NCBI GenBank assembly: GCA_964247055.1
Contig: OZ176054.1
Span: 1,550,001-1,614,000, forward strand
Length of the DNA stretch: 64,000 nt
Source: Paragordius varius
Taxonomy: Eukaryota; Animalia; Nematomorpha
Direction: 5' to 3'
Below, one piece after another: positions 35,626 to 50,660 of this stretch (position 1 is its first letter; every line of letters starts with the position of its first letter). The notes under the pieces are model-generated. The model saw only the letters and a list, made by a program, of their open reading frames with translations, had not been told where the DNA came from and did no database searches. Position numbers and translations under genes: made by a program.

Positions 35626-38600
35626 CCTGACAAGATTTATATTTTGGACCAGGTTTCATATGGCGGCAGTATTGATGATTTATTTTGCTTTGGGTTAGCG
35701 TATCGAAACAAGCCCAAACAGGCATTTGATAAAATTTGGTCTCTAAATTATATTAAAATTTGTAATTATTTATGTACCGAAACTACGATTGAGATATGAT
35801 TGTGCTTATCAGAATGTATGTAAAAATTTTAATAATTACACTGCTCAACAAGGTTTTGCACCACCCCATTATTTTTGCATTTTCTGATACCTAATGGCAT
35901 GCATAGGCCAAAACAAAAAAGAAAATTGAGGCCACCAATAGGATTTTTCCAAAATTTAATTTTTATATTTGTATTTAATTCAAAAATAACAATCATTCCT
36001 CGTTATGTTTAAATATTCAAAAAGCAAGTCGATACAAGTAATTTTTCATGCATGGATAACAAATTCTAGGCATTAAATAAGATACTAAACAAGCTAAGAG
36101 CCAAAGTATTAAAAATCTAAAAGGGCTTAGTATAGTGTGATAGATCCGGGCGGCTGCACAAGCTCTGCATATCCCCAAGCGATCCAATTATGCCAGATGT
36201 GGCAAAGATAACAATAAGTAATCGTAAAGTCCGATAAGAGAGACTTGCAAGCAAAATCCAGGCAAATTGACATGTCAAATTAACCAATTTACAGAATAAA
36301 GTTAGATAAATACAATTAAATTGAATAAAAATTAGGTAACAAATGGTCCAACCCCATAACAGTAAATTCTACTAAAAGTGGCTACACAACATCCATCTGA
36401 AATTCAAAATACAAAACAACCAATAATTTTAAAAAAATAAGGTATATCCACTAGGTATAAATAAAGGATTTTTTATAAGAACCAACTCAAGAGAAAAAGT
36501 CTAATAAGTACTCGAAAGAACGAAAACTAACAAAAAAATATAGCCTATCTGAAAGCCGAAGGTTTAAACCATAGAATGCCTTTTTTAGTATTTTTTTAAA
36601 AAATTTTTATATGTGTTAAAAATTCACTTGAAAAAAAAGACTAAATTTTGACGTTTAAGTCCGTACTATTTTTTTCTCTCTGATATTTAAATGACATATT
36701 TATATTCAAAAGATAGAGTTAAAAACGCTTTATTAAATGATATTAAGTTTATAATATAATAACATTTTATTATAAAATTATATTTAATTTTCTCTCGATT
36801 TTCACTTGTTTTTGAAAAATTGAAAAATCTATAATATTTCAAAATTCTGATTGGCGGGATCAAAATTTTTTTCAAATTCGGTTTTAAAACACTGAAATTA
36901 GTCATAATTTAAAAAGTTTGAGTGGTGGTGCTTAAAAATGTCCAAATTTGTCGACTAGTGTTATATATAATGTTTTGTGATTAAAACATTCCGTTTAGTA
37001 TTAAAATAAATGATCAAAATTCAAATAAGCTTATTGATTTCTTTCTTATTGATACTATTGTTTTATGCTATGTAGATTCAACAACTAATAAACTAAGGTT
37101 GGGCCCATATTTGAAGAATTAAAATATAACCAATGTTATTGGTGATGGCTTTGCATTCTGTCCATTCTATAATTTGCCATCTGATTCTAGGCGTTTCCAA
37201 ATTTTTAGAGTTGGTTACTTTTGGTGAATCTTTCAAAATCCTATTGGAATTTTTTTTAATTTTTTCGTGCCAGTGTATGTTAGTGTTTGATAATTTTGGA
37301 CGATAATATTCATAGAACAAGCGCACTTTCTCAAGCGGTGACCCAACAACAAGCTATATTTAAAAAATATAAAAATTTAATTTTACTTTTAAAGTTCAAA
37401 TTAACACAAAAAATTGATATTAAAATATTGATTTAGCTTCGTACCAATACTCGTATATCTTGAATTGTGATTGGGGCATCTTGTGTTATAACGTAAAAAT
37501 TGGCAGATTCCAAAAATTTTACTCTAAAATTTTGTCCATCCAAACTCAAATTCTGTTCTTGGTCGGTTCCAACCAATGCTATATTATGCCGATTTCTAAG
37601 GGCTACAACATATAATGGAATAAACATTTAAATCAGATTATATATTTTACTCTTTTACAATAAAAAATAAAAATATACGGATAAAACGTAAAATATAAAG
37701 ATAAACATTTTTTTCAAAAAAACCGCGGTACTTTTTAACTTACTTTATTCTATTCATTGTTTAAACTACAAAATAAAATTTGTAACTCAACCAATTGTAT
37801 TTTAAATAATTTCTACAGGAAAGATTAAGTAAAAATATATGGTTTTCTTTTAAAAAAGATATTTGCTTTTATGTTTTTGTCTGTATAATTTCGATTTTTA
37901 TTGTATATAAATTGATTTTCCAAAGTAAATTGATCCAATTACTAAATAAATAAATTTTACCTAAAGTGTTGGCAGATTTAGAGAAAGCTATAACTACATT
38001 AAGCGTTCCACGTGGTATCACCATTAAATTTTTGTAACCTATCAATAAAATCCACTATAATTTCAGCCAAATTGAAATCCAAGTCTATGTATTTTACTGA
38101 AACCCTACCGTATGAGTAACAATACACTGATATTTTATTTGATATTGTTACTTAAAAGCCTTATTTTGGCTGGTTGATACAAAAATATAATTGATGAAAA
38201 ATAATTAATCACACTGATATGTACAAAATACTGCGATACTGTCAATAAAAATAATTTTGATAACGATTTTTAAAAGTTTTGCAGTCACGAGCTTTTGATC
38301 AATGTTTATTCACCTATAGCAAAATTTAAGCAAAAAAATCCAACAGATTCAAAACCAATTCCAATAATAATTAAGAGTAAAGCATTCAAAATATATAGTT
38401 TATTTTTATCACATTTTTCAATAATCATGACATTTATTGTCATATATATTAAAATTTTTTCGAAATTGATACCAGTGGTTCTGGACGAGATAACAAGTCT
38501 CTTGGCAACATAATCGCAATCTGTGCGATTGCCCCCACAGTTTCCGCAGCCATCAATTTTTTTCAAATTTAATTGTCCATTGCAGCCTAATACCTTTAAA

Positions 38601-41600
38601 ATTAAGAAATGATTAATGTTATATTTTAGCAAAAGCTATTTTTCTATATAATTTACCAATCTCCAATTAATTTACCCCTTTATCTTCAAATTTACCCTTA
38701 TTTATTTTATTATAAGTTTTTCGGTGGAGAGTTTCTCACAGTTGTGTTTATAAGCGATAGGGATACTTAAAATCTTGAAAAAGATGAGGATTATTTTTAT
38801 GAGTCATGTGAAAAATAAAAAAAAGATAATTTTGAAAAGAACAAGTATGAGTTGATTGCAAAATTGGTGAATATTGTAGTAGATATTGATCAATTTAGGT
38901 TAAGATGAGGCAACCTACTTTACATTTATTATGAAGACAAATTCCGATAGGACGTTTAAACACTTTGTTTTCCGTCGTCTGTGATGGATTACAAAACATC
39001 CCGTCTGTTATTAGAGTATGGGAATTTTGATAATAAGAAGCACATTGTCTTTCAGAATTCAATGCACTGTTTTTGAGATAATTATCTCGGATTTTTAAAT
39101 TATTGTTGGCTTCTGAATATTGATACGTTTGATTAAAATATAAAGCGGATAAAGGACTGACAAACGGATAATGAGATGTAAATCGAAAGCGTGAACACTC
39201 GTGTGCAAGAAGGGATGCGTAAACTTTGCTTTTGGTTTCAACATTACCACAAATTTTATATTCCTTTTCATACTGACAATCTCTGCAAATAAGATTGTAA
39301 TTAATTTAATAACCAAAATACTTTTAATTTTATTAAAATTACAATTTTACAAAGAAAAAATACCTATTTGATAAACAGACGAGTTTAAATCGGTAGCTTA
39401 GTGGCATAATGCATGTTGGGTGTATTGAAGAGCTAACAGTGGGAAAACAACGAGACCATTCGCTAACTCGATTACTGTGAGCCATGTCTGGTGTTTTTAT
39501 CGGGACCAAGTTTTTGCTTTGTTCTTCTGTTTTATGTTTATTACTATTTGAGTTTTGATTAGGATCTCTGTAATTATTGTCCCGTTTATTCATAACCTCA
39601 TTTCCGATTATTTTGTTGGTAAGAATACTATACCGTTCTCTCTTAGATTTTTCTCTATGCGTTCGGTCGCCGCCCGAGAAATGACCAATATTTGTCTCAA
39701 AAGGTTCGAAAGGCAATATTTCGTTGGTTTCGGTGGAGAAATGGCATTCTTTTCGTTGACACCTCTATCTCATACCACAACAAAATTATAAAAATTAATA
39801 AAATATCAAATACATTCATCCATATATCCATATATTTCGACAATTACCATTTGTTCTCCACATTTACTGCCAGAGAGGGGTGGGAAGCGTTTAGTTTTGC
39901 AACTGCCCGAAGCTTGGTAATGACTGCACCAAAGCCTTTCGCACGATGGTACTTCTTTCATCTAGGATATAAAAACAATTTTATAAAAGTCATAATAGAT
40001 ATATTTGGCAATATATACCATTCTGCAATGAACATATTCTGAGCCAAACTCCAATTTGCATTGATAATCGAGATCATATCGCCGCCCCAACTCCCTCAAA
40101 CTCGTTGAAGTGATGTAAGACAAATATCCTGAATCACTGTGGTGATCAGTATCCTTCAAACATTTAAAAGATCTAATTTAACTGATATTGTAGATAAAAT
40201 AACTACTGATACACAATCAAAACAAAAATATTAATTCTATGGACGAATTCAAATTTTATAAAAATAAGTAAAATGTTTAATAAATTCAACAAAATTCTAC
40301 TTTATATGTTCCATCATTTTTTGTTGGCTACATTGAGACCATCGAAAGGAACCAAAACTTGCACTCAACATTGGCGCCATAACAGTTTGACCCGAAAAGC
40401 ATTGATTTTTGTCAGTATCATGCTCCAATCCGAATCTATAGAAACATGCGATTAACTTTATTAGCAAACAATTTCTTCGTTTTAAAATCCGGCTATTGAG
40501 TTATATTCAATTATGTTAATGGTTAAAATAAAACATTTTCCCAAAAAATATATAAAAAAATTTAAATTATACAACAAAATGTAAAAAGTAAAGAACAACT
40601 ATTTTTTAGAAAAGATAACTATACTTTTACTTCCTCCATAAACTCTAATAAAATTTTTAAATATATAATTGAGTATTTTAGCAGAAATTATCTATCTATT
40701 CCCTATTTCGCAACATAAAATGATTACTTTCATATGAAAAAAAACCAAAGTTTAAAAATTGAGTTTTTACGTTTTGTCTCAAAAAAGATCAACGTTTACT
40801 GTAAAATGATATGTAGAGTAAATATTTTTACAAGTGTCCCAATTCATGAGCTATAACAAAGGCGGAAGAAAACCCGCTATCTTTAACTACGGTGCATTTG
40901 ACTGGGGCATCACACAAGCTTAGTAAGGGCGCAAGGCCAGAAGGCCCAAAATCTTGACGTGTTAAATAAACGGCTGCATCGTAATGCGGTCTTCGGCCCT
41001 TCTCTAACGTATATTTAGCGTTAATTTTCATGCAAATATCTTGAACACTATCCTTTGGTCGCCGTATTTGAATCAAATGACCCTGTGAAAGACAAAAAAT
41101 ATAATTTGTGAAGAGATGCATGAAATATTTGTAGATTATATGGAATATAAAAAAAAGGAATATACAATTGATTCATCCATGATAAAAATTTCTCGGAGCA
41201 CGACGTTTATTCTGACGTGTAAACTGGGATCTCGGTAAATCAAATTGACCTAACAAGATTATTTATTATTTATTAAGCAAAGAAACACTATAAACAGATA
41301 TTAGAAATAAGTTTTTTGCTTCTATATTCCGTATTTATTGTCATAAAACTATTTTGCAGCAAATGGTTTCGGTAGCAAAAGAAGTGTTTTTTTATAAGAA
41401 AAGTTTCGTTTCAGTAGGTTTTTGCGAAAAAAATGAGTTTGCCTCTTTTATTCGGTCAAATATCTTAAATAGTTTTATTAATAAACAGAGATATTTTCGT
41501 ATTGAAGAAATTGAATATTAACACTCAACGCATAATAAGCGATAAAAAATTATATATGCCACTATTCATTAAAAAAACTTTAATTAAAAAAGTATAAAAT

Positions 41601-42687
41601 ATATCAATAAGGTCAACATTGTATAAAAATTGAAAAACTGATACAAAATTAGTCATTTTTTTTAAACATTTAATCGAGAACCATTTTGGGTTCGGTTTCC
41701 GTTTTATCTATTTAAATTGATTAACTTATGGATTATCAGTTATAGTCTAACAATTACCATTTTCATGAGAAACATGATGTATTGATGAATGAAATATTTC
41801 CCGTGAAATTCAAGAACAGTTAAATCAACGGCTACCATGACTTGCAAATCTTTTTTGATTCTCGCGAATCGAAAACTATGCATATTCTCCAACTCTTCTT
41901 CATAAGCCTCATCAGCCTCGGAGAACATATCAAATTGCCGCCGTGTTCTGGGCTCTAATTAAAAAAAACGATAAGATTTGCATAACATTTTTCAATCTGG
42001 CATTTAGTATTGCATACAATTAAAATTATGACTGCTGTAAACTATAATTTTTCGATGTAAAGATCAAACAGGCAGGTAAAAAATCCTAAAATTATAAGGG
42101 TACGCGGATTGTGCTAAAATTAAACTTTTATTAACAATTCGCACCGTTTGTATAAAACTAGGCGATCAAAAAAATTATATTCATTTTATTTTTTTAATAC
42201 AACTTTTTAGTTAACCATTTTTAAAATTCTTTTTATTCAAAAAAATATAACCTAAAAATAGGGAAACCTGGTCGTAATTTGATTTTACATCAAGAATCAT
42301 TTAAAAAACTGACTTGGGATGACCAGAACCGAAAAAAGGTTCCGATTTTAATTCCAGTTTTTTAGTGAAATCAGAAATATGGTATTTGAAAAAAGGTTAT
42401 GCATTACTTGCATGCCTTCTTCTTCGAATATTGTTCCCGATATTCTGGATTTGGAAGTGATAATTTACTTTTTCTTCGCATTGTCGTAATTTTTGCTCCT
42501 ACATATGAAAAATTTATACAATGTTACAACTTAAGTATAAATGGGTTAAATGTCTTTAAATTTTCGTTACGGTTAATATTACAAAGATGATATATTTATT
42601 TAACACATACGATATATAATATTTCGGATAGGTTTTTGGCTTCGATGTATGTTGTGCTGCTATAATTTAATAGGGCATCATTTTCAT
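35626..42687 (-). CDS. ADAMTS metalloprotease, ADAMTS2/3/14 (procollagen N-proteinase)-like; partial model
   Basis: Exons 42687-42611, 42498-42408, 41954-41758, 41249-41166, 41082-40832, 40435-40301, 40172-40019, 39961-39848, 39764-39364, 39282-38919, 38593-38473, 38038-37961, 37602-37445, 37353-37131 and 35742-35626 are phase-consistent (about 855 codons). Features: furin site PRTRR, LTRQDFGP, GFSSAFVIAHELGHLFGLEHD zinc motif, Met-turn VMAP, disintegrin-like YDLDYQC/RLWC, Cys-rich GCNG..DGCGNCGG, spacer GYKNLMVIPRG and a C-terminal TSR-like part. The 5' and 3' ends were not resolved. Confidence 0.9.
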
Positions 42688-45600
42688 CTATAATGATGTT
42701 TGGTTGCAACAATTTAAGACATTCTAAAGGTGGTGGCATAAAATATAAAATCTCTGTTTTCAGGAACAATGTATTTTTATATTTAAAAATGGTTATTTAT
42801 ATTTATTTAAATGTGCCAATTAATATTTCTGCCATTTTTATGTTATATACTATATTTAGCGTTTTCTTTTTCAAATTAGTATTATTTATTGTCCTGAAAT
42901 CATGGCATGGAAGCCAAACTATTAGCAATTTTTTGATACAATAATTTATTTTTTCCTAAATTGCCTCCTAATATATAGAAACACTAGGTGGAAGAACGGG
43001 GGATGATCTGATTACTAATTATGTTTGGACATAAAGTTTTTATCCACCAAAAGATATTTCATCGACCCGTTCTAATCATTGGTTCGATTATGTAATAGCG
43101 AGTGAAGAGTGTACAGCTAATTCCCATTTACATTTCAATATCACCCTTTATCACCTTAAATGCTGTCCAACACAAAAAGCTCCGCGAGACGCATTACCAA
43201 AATGATTTTAGACATAGGGCTTTAAAATGTTAAAACAAAATATACATATGTATATTATTTATTCTCCAGCAAATTAGAATAAAAATATCGATTGATCAAG
43301 ACTTTTTACGTATATTTTTGCAAATCAATATTTATATTAATTTGATAATTCATATCTTTTGCGAGCGTTCAAAATATTTTGGAGGGCCGCGTGCTGGACA
43401 TTTCTATATAAACGTTTGAATCTATGCTTGAACACTTACATTTCGTATAACTAACGTATTTGAAATATGGGTCAATTTCTCAACCTAATCATACTTTTAA
43501 GGGCTTTTTAAATTTTAATACATTTGCTTTTATAACAGTTTTTTATTATTTTTGGCTGTATTCAAAAACTTTTATACATTAAGCAAAAAGATCGAATATG
43601 AAATTTATCGAAACTTAACTTTTTTTGGTTGATGTATATTATAATATTATTTTAAAGATCGTATCATATTTTTAAGCTTAATATATATGTCAAGGAGATT
43701 GATAACATCAAAAAGTAGTACACTGCCAATACAATGCATAAAAAGTATAAAAGTAAAAGTCTTGGCATGTTAAATAAAATTAATCTGGTTTTTAAATATT
43801 TTATCAAATTTCAAGTCCAAATTTTATGTAAAAACGTTAAAGCCTACAAATGGGCATTTAACTGCTCTAATTTGTATCCATAATATTTATTTATATTGAG
43901 AAAACATATTATTGCCTTATGTTGGCGCTTAATTCTAATTTTAAAAAATTAGTTTAATAATTACCTGAAGACAATGAATCCGCGAGTATCTAAAAATTAT
44001 TTTGATAGATTATAATTTTATTAAGAAATGATTAAAGTAAAAAACTAAATACTTTGAAAGTTAGCATAAACCAGAACAGTATGAGATGACATATTGTTTT
44101 TCGGGTAAACACCATTGCCTATTTTATTAATAAAATTGAAATATTATTTAACCTTTTTTATATATTACGATACATTAATAACGGTAAGAATATGTATATT
44201 TTAAATGATTTAACATGTCAATACACATACATAATGCAAAAAATTATACGAGCCGCTAAGGGCTTTTTTATAAAATTTTTAAATCAAATAAGTGATATTT
44301 TACATTTTACAATTTTATGGGTTGTTCTTACATATGTTTAAAATATAAATAAAAATTATGTATAAAACCGTAAGGCTATGGCTATTTTTCAATTTTAGCG
44401 AACGAATTGAACATAAAATTCTTTATAAAATTAATATTTAGTAAAAAAAAATCATTTTTTACGAAGAACAATTGGCTAATAAAATAATTACTGTTTTTAA
44501 GTTTTAACTAAGAATATGTCCGGAGTTTTTTGCCATTCCTCGGAAAATTCAAAATATGGAACAGAATCGATGAATATTAAAATATTTTAAGAGGGTATCA
44601 GCTAATATGTATTATTAAAGATAACTTCTCAAAATATATAAATATATGTTTCATACATAACAAAAATAAAAGTAAAAATATGTAATCAACAAAAAATGAA
44701 ATGTGCGTTAATAGGGCAAGCAGGCATGCATGGAATATCAAATTTGGGGGCGAACATCAGTTTCTTACATTAATTATTAAAGAAATTTTTTATCTGTTTA
44801 CTATTTACTTTATACAAAGAAAGATATACATATGCATATGCTAAAAATTAATGCAAAATAATGTTAATTTATTTTATATCATATTAAAAATCAACTGTAA
44901 ACTGAGAATTGAAGAGAAGATGATGCTTTATGTGAAGTTGAAGATACATTTTTGTGAGAAAAGAGGCATTTTTTAACAAAAAAAATTAAAGAACGCACAT
45001 TTATGTTTTTCAAATGTGAACTCTTTTATGACTGACAAAAATTATATTTTTATGTGAAATCTGGCTGATAAGATTTAGCAGCCCTTTTGCATTGATTTAT
45101 GACTTGAAATTTTATTATTTTGAATAAATCGCGATACAAATGCAAGCGATTTGTGCTCATTTAATTAGTTACAATATCAACTTGTCAATCTATTCCAAAG
45201 AACTGTTCTGACAAAAATATATATAGTTGGTTATATAGACAGGTCCACCGTACATTGAATCGGGTTTTCGCTTCAATCAAAAAATTTAAATATGTTTAAG
45301 AAAAATATATGAGACAAGCGATAAAATTAATTTAAGCGTATTTTTATTGGATTCGTAAAGCCGTAAACATTTCAAATGATAGTTTATATTCGGCCTAAAA
45401 ATAAATAATGGCTAAATTCTAAAACTTTGTAACTCACATTCTATGTCTATGCATTTCAAATAATAATTAAAAGAATCAGAAAAGTCCTATCCACTAATAT
45501 GTTTTTATGTAGTGTGTTGCACTAAAAACTCCTAATGACATATTGAATTAATTATATTTAAGCCTTTTTCATAAACCATATTGAAGAAACGGGGGTGTTA

Positions 45601-48600
45601 GAACCTATATTATAAGCTTATGAATGTATCTGGGATCGGCAATCAGTCATATGCTATTCATCACTTACTTCACGAAGATGTAGTATCCCATTTACCTTTA
45701 TAATCACAAACGCATCACGCAATTTAATCAATGGGGTGCAAGATGTAGATAAGAATTGGTACATTTGAGCAATTTATATAAAATATTTTTTTAAAAAAAA
45801 AGTATAATGTAATAGGCTAAAAATATACTAGATTCGAAACTAAAAATTAAGTTCCGTTCTCACTAAAAAAATTAAAATTATTAAGCAGAATGTGTATGTG
45901 TGATGAAAATCTCTTTAAAACACGCATTTTCAATTGGGGTTTACACCCATAATCTTGATTAAAAGTTTTTGTCATTATTTAAATTTCTGATTCCCTAATA
46001 ATCTATCCTTGTCAGAAAATCCTGTATGGTGTATCATGAAATAATTTTCAATATTGTGAAAAGTTAAATTAGAATTTTGATAGAAGGAATAAAACGATTG
46101 TAAATGTTTAGTACCGTACACCTGATAGTGCAATTGTTATATAGATATATGTCAATAGATAAAAAATGATGCATGGATGTTTAACATTAGGCTGGTGGCA
46201 TCATGCGGTCCTCCAAAAAAATCTTTAGCGCCAACAAAAAATTTATAATAGATGAATAAATATTTAGGAAAAATTATAGTATAATTATATATTTATAAAT
46301 TTTAATGTAAATATTATTTTTTAATAATAAAATATTTAGAAGTATCTTTTCCGTTTATTGACACCATTAATTGTTCGGTAAGGGTTATTTTAACGCAGTT
46401 TAATATTGATATTCCAGCATATACCCTTAACATTTTGTAAAAAACTATAAGATCTTTAGGTTTTAGGTAAATTTATCATTCATTCAAAATGCTATCGACA
46501 AAACCCTAAAGATAACTAAAATGTATATTAAAGGAACTATCATCTTGTTTTTTATGTATAGACAAATTTATATCATAATTTTTGCCAACGAAAACAACAT
46601 ATTAGTAGAATTATTGTGGTCGTAAATTAACAGTCCATGCATGAATTACAAAATATATTTAATGATGTACAGTTGTTGTTTTTTCAATGCGGGCCGCCGT
46701 ATTCTTCCGACATTCTTGGACATCCCTGGATGACAGACTCCAGTGATACTCATCAAAAAATATTTAAAAGGCCACAAAAAATATTTCTTTTGTCTCAAAG
46801 TCGGAGTATAAATAAGGATAAAAATATCATATAAGTTTGACACATTCGCAGATATTTATACTCAAAATAATTATATAAAAAAATTTAATAAAAAATTTAG
46901 GGCCATAAAAAAGTGTTTTTATGGCCGCTGTTTGAGTAGCATTAGGATCCTCGTTTCAGAAATTAAAGTAGTTGGACTTTTTTTTATTACGAAACAAAAC
47001 TCAGCAAGTGGGACTGTGTTTACACACAATAGGCCTCCTCCGGATTTTTTCATATGTTTATTCAATAAGAAAGGTTTTGCTTTTTTCATGAATAATATTA
47101 TTGCTGGGAAAAATTCAATCAGTTTGGGAATACACCGCTAATTTTTTAACTATTAGAACTATTACCGGTAAAGAGCAATTATCATCAAACTTTATGCGTT
47201 TTTTAATAAAATATGATTTCTTCATTGGCCAATAATTATGTATACTGATAGGCAAACTGTGCAAGAGTGATTTACGTTTAATAAGCATTTTTATCCAAAA
47301 AATCTAAAATTAATTTTCCGTCATTGTTTGCAATTAAAATAGTCAAATCTCAACAAGAAAGATTTTAAGTTAGTAATAACCGTTTTGGGTTATTTTAATT
47401 GATGAGCTGAATATAAGGTTTAGGTTACCCATTAAATATAAATTTAAATATGAAGCGATCTCCAAAATCAAATTTAACCCCCCTTTCCTCCCTCTGGCAT
47501 ACCTCTGATGTTATCATTTAATTCAATAATTGTATCTTAAGATTTGATTTATTCTTCCCAACCAAGAATATTTGGAAATATAGTATAATCATAAATTTCA
47601 TTCACAAAGCCCACACCAATACGTAAATTAGTAAAAGGGTTCATTTTGTAATGAACAAATTCCATTCCTAATGCATTTTTAACACTATTAAATGGGAGAC
47701 ATATGTGAATAAATATATTATTCAAATTCTTTAGTATGTATACGAAAACCAAATATTTTTATAAAAGTACAAATTATGAGTATATGAAAATTGTTAAATA
47801 AATTAAATTAATGGAATCTCAATAATATAGATCCAGAGAATCCCAAATATTTTACAATTTTTTATACTAATCTTCAAATCGCAATTATAAACTATCCATA
47901 CGTGAAAAAAATATATATTATATAATACAGCTCAATTAAATTTACAAATTAATCATTTAACATATCTGTAAATTAACTGACTAATTTATCGTGAAATTTA
48001 TATGTTGGTTTTGTTTATTAAATATATGTTGATATATTATATTAATAATACTAGTCAACAAATTTTGACTTTTTTACAGAGCCATTTTTGTAATTTTAAA
48101 ATTTATTTTAAACTACATAAATAGTATATAATTTGTTTAACACTTAAATTATTAGGGTTTTATGGAAAATTTTTGGCTCAAAAAATCTTTTGAATGGTAG
48201 TAGTTAAATTAATCTGATTTATAGCTTTATATGGTGAAAATTTTCTACCCTTTAATAAATATAAATTTTGCGCAGAAGAAGTAATTTTCTTGAAAAAGCT
48301 TTTAGTTTGCTTTTTTAATAAAAATTATTTTTATCAAAATTATTTAACCTAGTGGATACTAAAATACATAATTGTAAATTTATAACATAATGTTATAAAG
48401 GTATAAAAATGCCATAACTTTGGTTGGGGTGAACAAATTTTTTTGACTTGCATTTCAATTTATCATGTCATGACTTGCTTTCATGTGATAAAAAAATTAA
48501 CATTAGACGACTTAAGTCAAGGAAGAAAGCTTGATTCGGAGGTGATAAAAAATCATATGATCAGTTAAAACTTAAAGCTTTTGCAAGTGTGGTATAGGTC

Positions 48601-48950
48601 AGGTGACCAGACGTCCCGCTTTTGGCGGGACAGTCCCGCTTTTTCACACTTTGTCCCGCGTCCCGCTACGTTTTTGAAATGTCCCGCTTTTTCAAGATTA
48701 TATAAAAAATAATTTTTTTAATACATTTAAATTTATTTTTTTTATTCGTTTAAATTTTTTATCATTAGTTATCTTTAAAATCTATATCAATTTTAAATTA
48801 CAATTTTTTATTATTTTTTTCAAATTTATATCATGTGATTATACACTTTCCTTCCTACTCTTTCTACCAACATTATCCAAAAGACTAATTAATACCACAA
48901 ATCGGTAGCTTATGTAACTTCAGAAAATTAAGATAATCTATATATTTATA

Positions 48951-49452
48951 AAAATGGAAAATGCTGGCTTTGTGATCTGGTACCGGAAAACCGGTAGACC
49001 CAATTAAATCCAAACTTCGAAAAAAATATAATCATTTATGAATGTTCCGACAATAGCTTCGTCCTTTTTTGAATTAGGCCCCCAGTTCGGGCCCACCCCG
49101 TGTGAAAAACGGGTTTTTTTGAAAACAGAAGTCCACAAAAATCGTGTCTTTGAGACAATTTTCCGTAAAACGTGTTGGACCATTCAATTTCAAACATGAT
49201 TTTTGTTTACTTATTTTTGATCGCGCTGAACATAGTCGACTCACTTTTTTGATTTAGGCCATCTTTTTACCCGCTACCCCCGTAAAATGCCATTTTTTTC
49301 AAAAAAAACAAAGTCCACAAATATAATTTTTTAAATCTATTTTTCCCCCAAGTAAACAATATATTAGTATTAATGCACCGTTTTAAAATTCTTCTATATT
49401 CATATTTAAATAAAGTTTCGAAATAATCCACATATGTGGATCATTTTATTGT
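48951..49452 (+). repeat. Interspersed repeat family (MITE-like), copy 1 of 3
   Basis: aaaatggaaa..ggc...ccggaaaaccggt.gaccca...aaatccaaa..tcgaaaaaatat recurs at 50101-50660 and 63562-64000. Confidence 0.75.
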
Positions 49453-50100
49453 CCATATGGTTTTCCAGAAACCGGAGTAAAAATTAAAATTTTAGTTCTA
49501 TGTCTCTCGTGCTGACAACACCAATACACTTGGGTGGAAAAGCAAGGAGGGGAACAAAAAATATTTTTCATAAATTAGCAGATAATCTTAATCAAAACAT
49601 TATTGGCGCTGGGTGTGCACATATATTACACAACGCTATTCAAACAGCTGCTGATTTAATATCCCTAGATATGGAAAATGTAGTTGTTAAAATACATTCT
49701 TATTTTTATATATACACGGTACGCGTTGAAACGCTTAAGGAATCCTGTGAAAATGCAGAAGTTTATTATCAAAAAATGCTTGGATATTGTAAAACCGTTG
49801 GTTAGCTGTTCTGCCAGCTATTGAAAGTAAAAATGTATGATCCTTTAAAATCCTATTTTTTATCACAGGACAAATGTCCTATTCTAAAAGTTTTTTGAAA
49901 GTGATTCTTCAAAAATATAGTTATTCCTACATAATCAAGCTTCTCTCTTTCAAAATGTTATTGATAGAAGGTGACAAAATTTGAAAAAGCGGGACAAATC
50001 TGAGAAAGGGGGGGGGGGACATGAGGGGTACAACCAAAAAATTTTAAGCAAAAAATTTATTGTAGTATTTATTTATTTTTAACACAAATCTATATATTTA

Positions 50101-50660
50101 TAAAAATGGAAAGTGGTGGCTTGATTTATTTCCGGAAAACCGGTGGACCCATTCAAATCCAAATGTCGAAAAAATATAATCATTAATGAATGCCCCAACA
50201 ATAGCTTCACCCTTTTTTGAATTTGGTCCCCGGTTCGGGCCCACCTCGTGTAAAAAACGGTTTTTTAAAAACACAAGTCCACAAAAATCGTGTCTTCGAG
50301 ACAATTTTCCGAATATGATTTTTTTACCTATTTTCGATCGCGCCAAAAATTTAACTTAGTGCTTTTTCCATATAGGCCTATGGGTAGGGGTCTACCGGTT
50401 TAAAACTGAAATGTCATAAAAAATTGGCGTGCCTTTGGAGCTAATTTTCAAATTAAGAAGCCATACGAGTTCTATAAAGGCTTTAAATATTACCAATAAA
50501 AACTAATTATAAGCTGTTTTTTCCGTTAGCCGTCAATTTGGGACCTTTACACCAGTAAACAATGTATTAGTATGAATGCACCGTTTTGAAAATCCTATAA
50601 GATCATAGCTATTAAATAATGTTTCGAAATAATCCACATATATGGATCATTTTATTGATC
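50101..50660 (+). repeat. Interspersed repeat family, copy 2 of 3
   Basis: Colinear with 48951-49452, including the end aataatccacatatg..gatcattttattg. Confidence 0.75.

Noticed and set aside
39763-39775. 13-nt GT-AG segment whose removal would restore the WC of the disintegrin-like domain
   Set aside because: It needs a 2-nt exon with no acceptor before it; the AG at 39765-66 gives a continuous frame (MRCQRKEC).
46630-47150. Short ORFs on both strands with PPYSSD (mariner/Tc1-like PPYSPD)
   Set aside because: No other catalytic motif or TIR was found; left unassigned.
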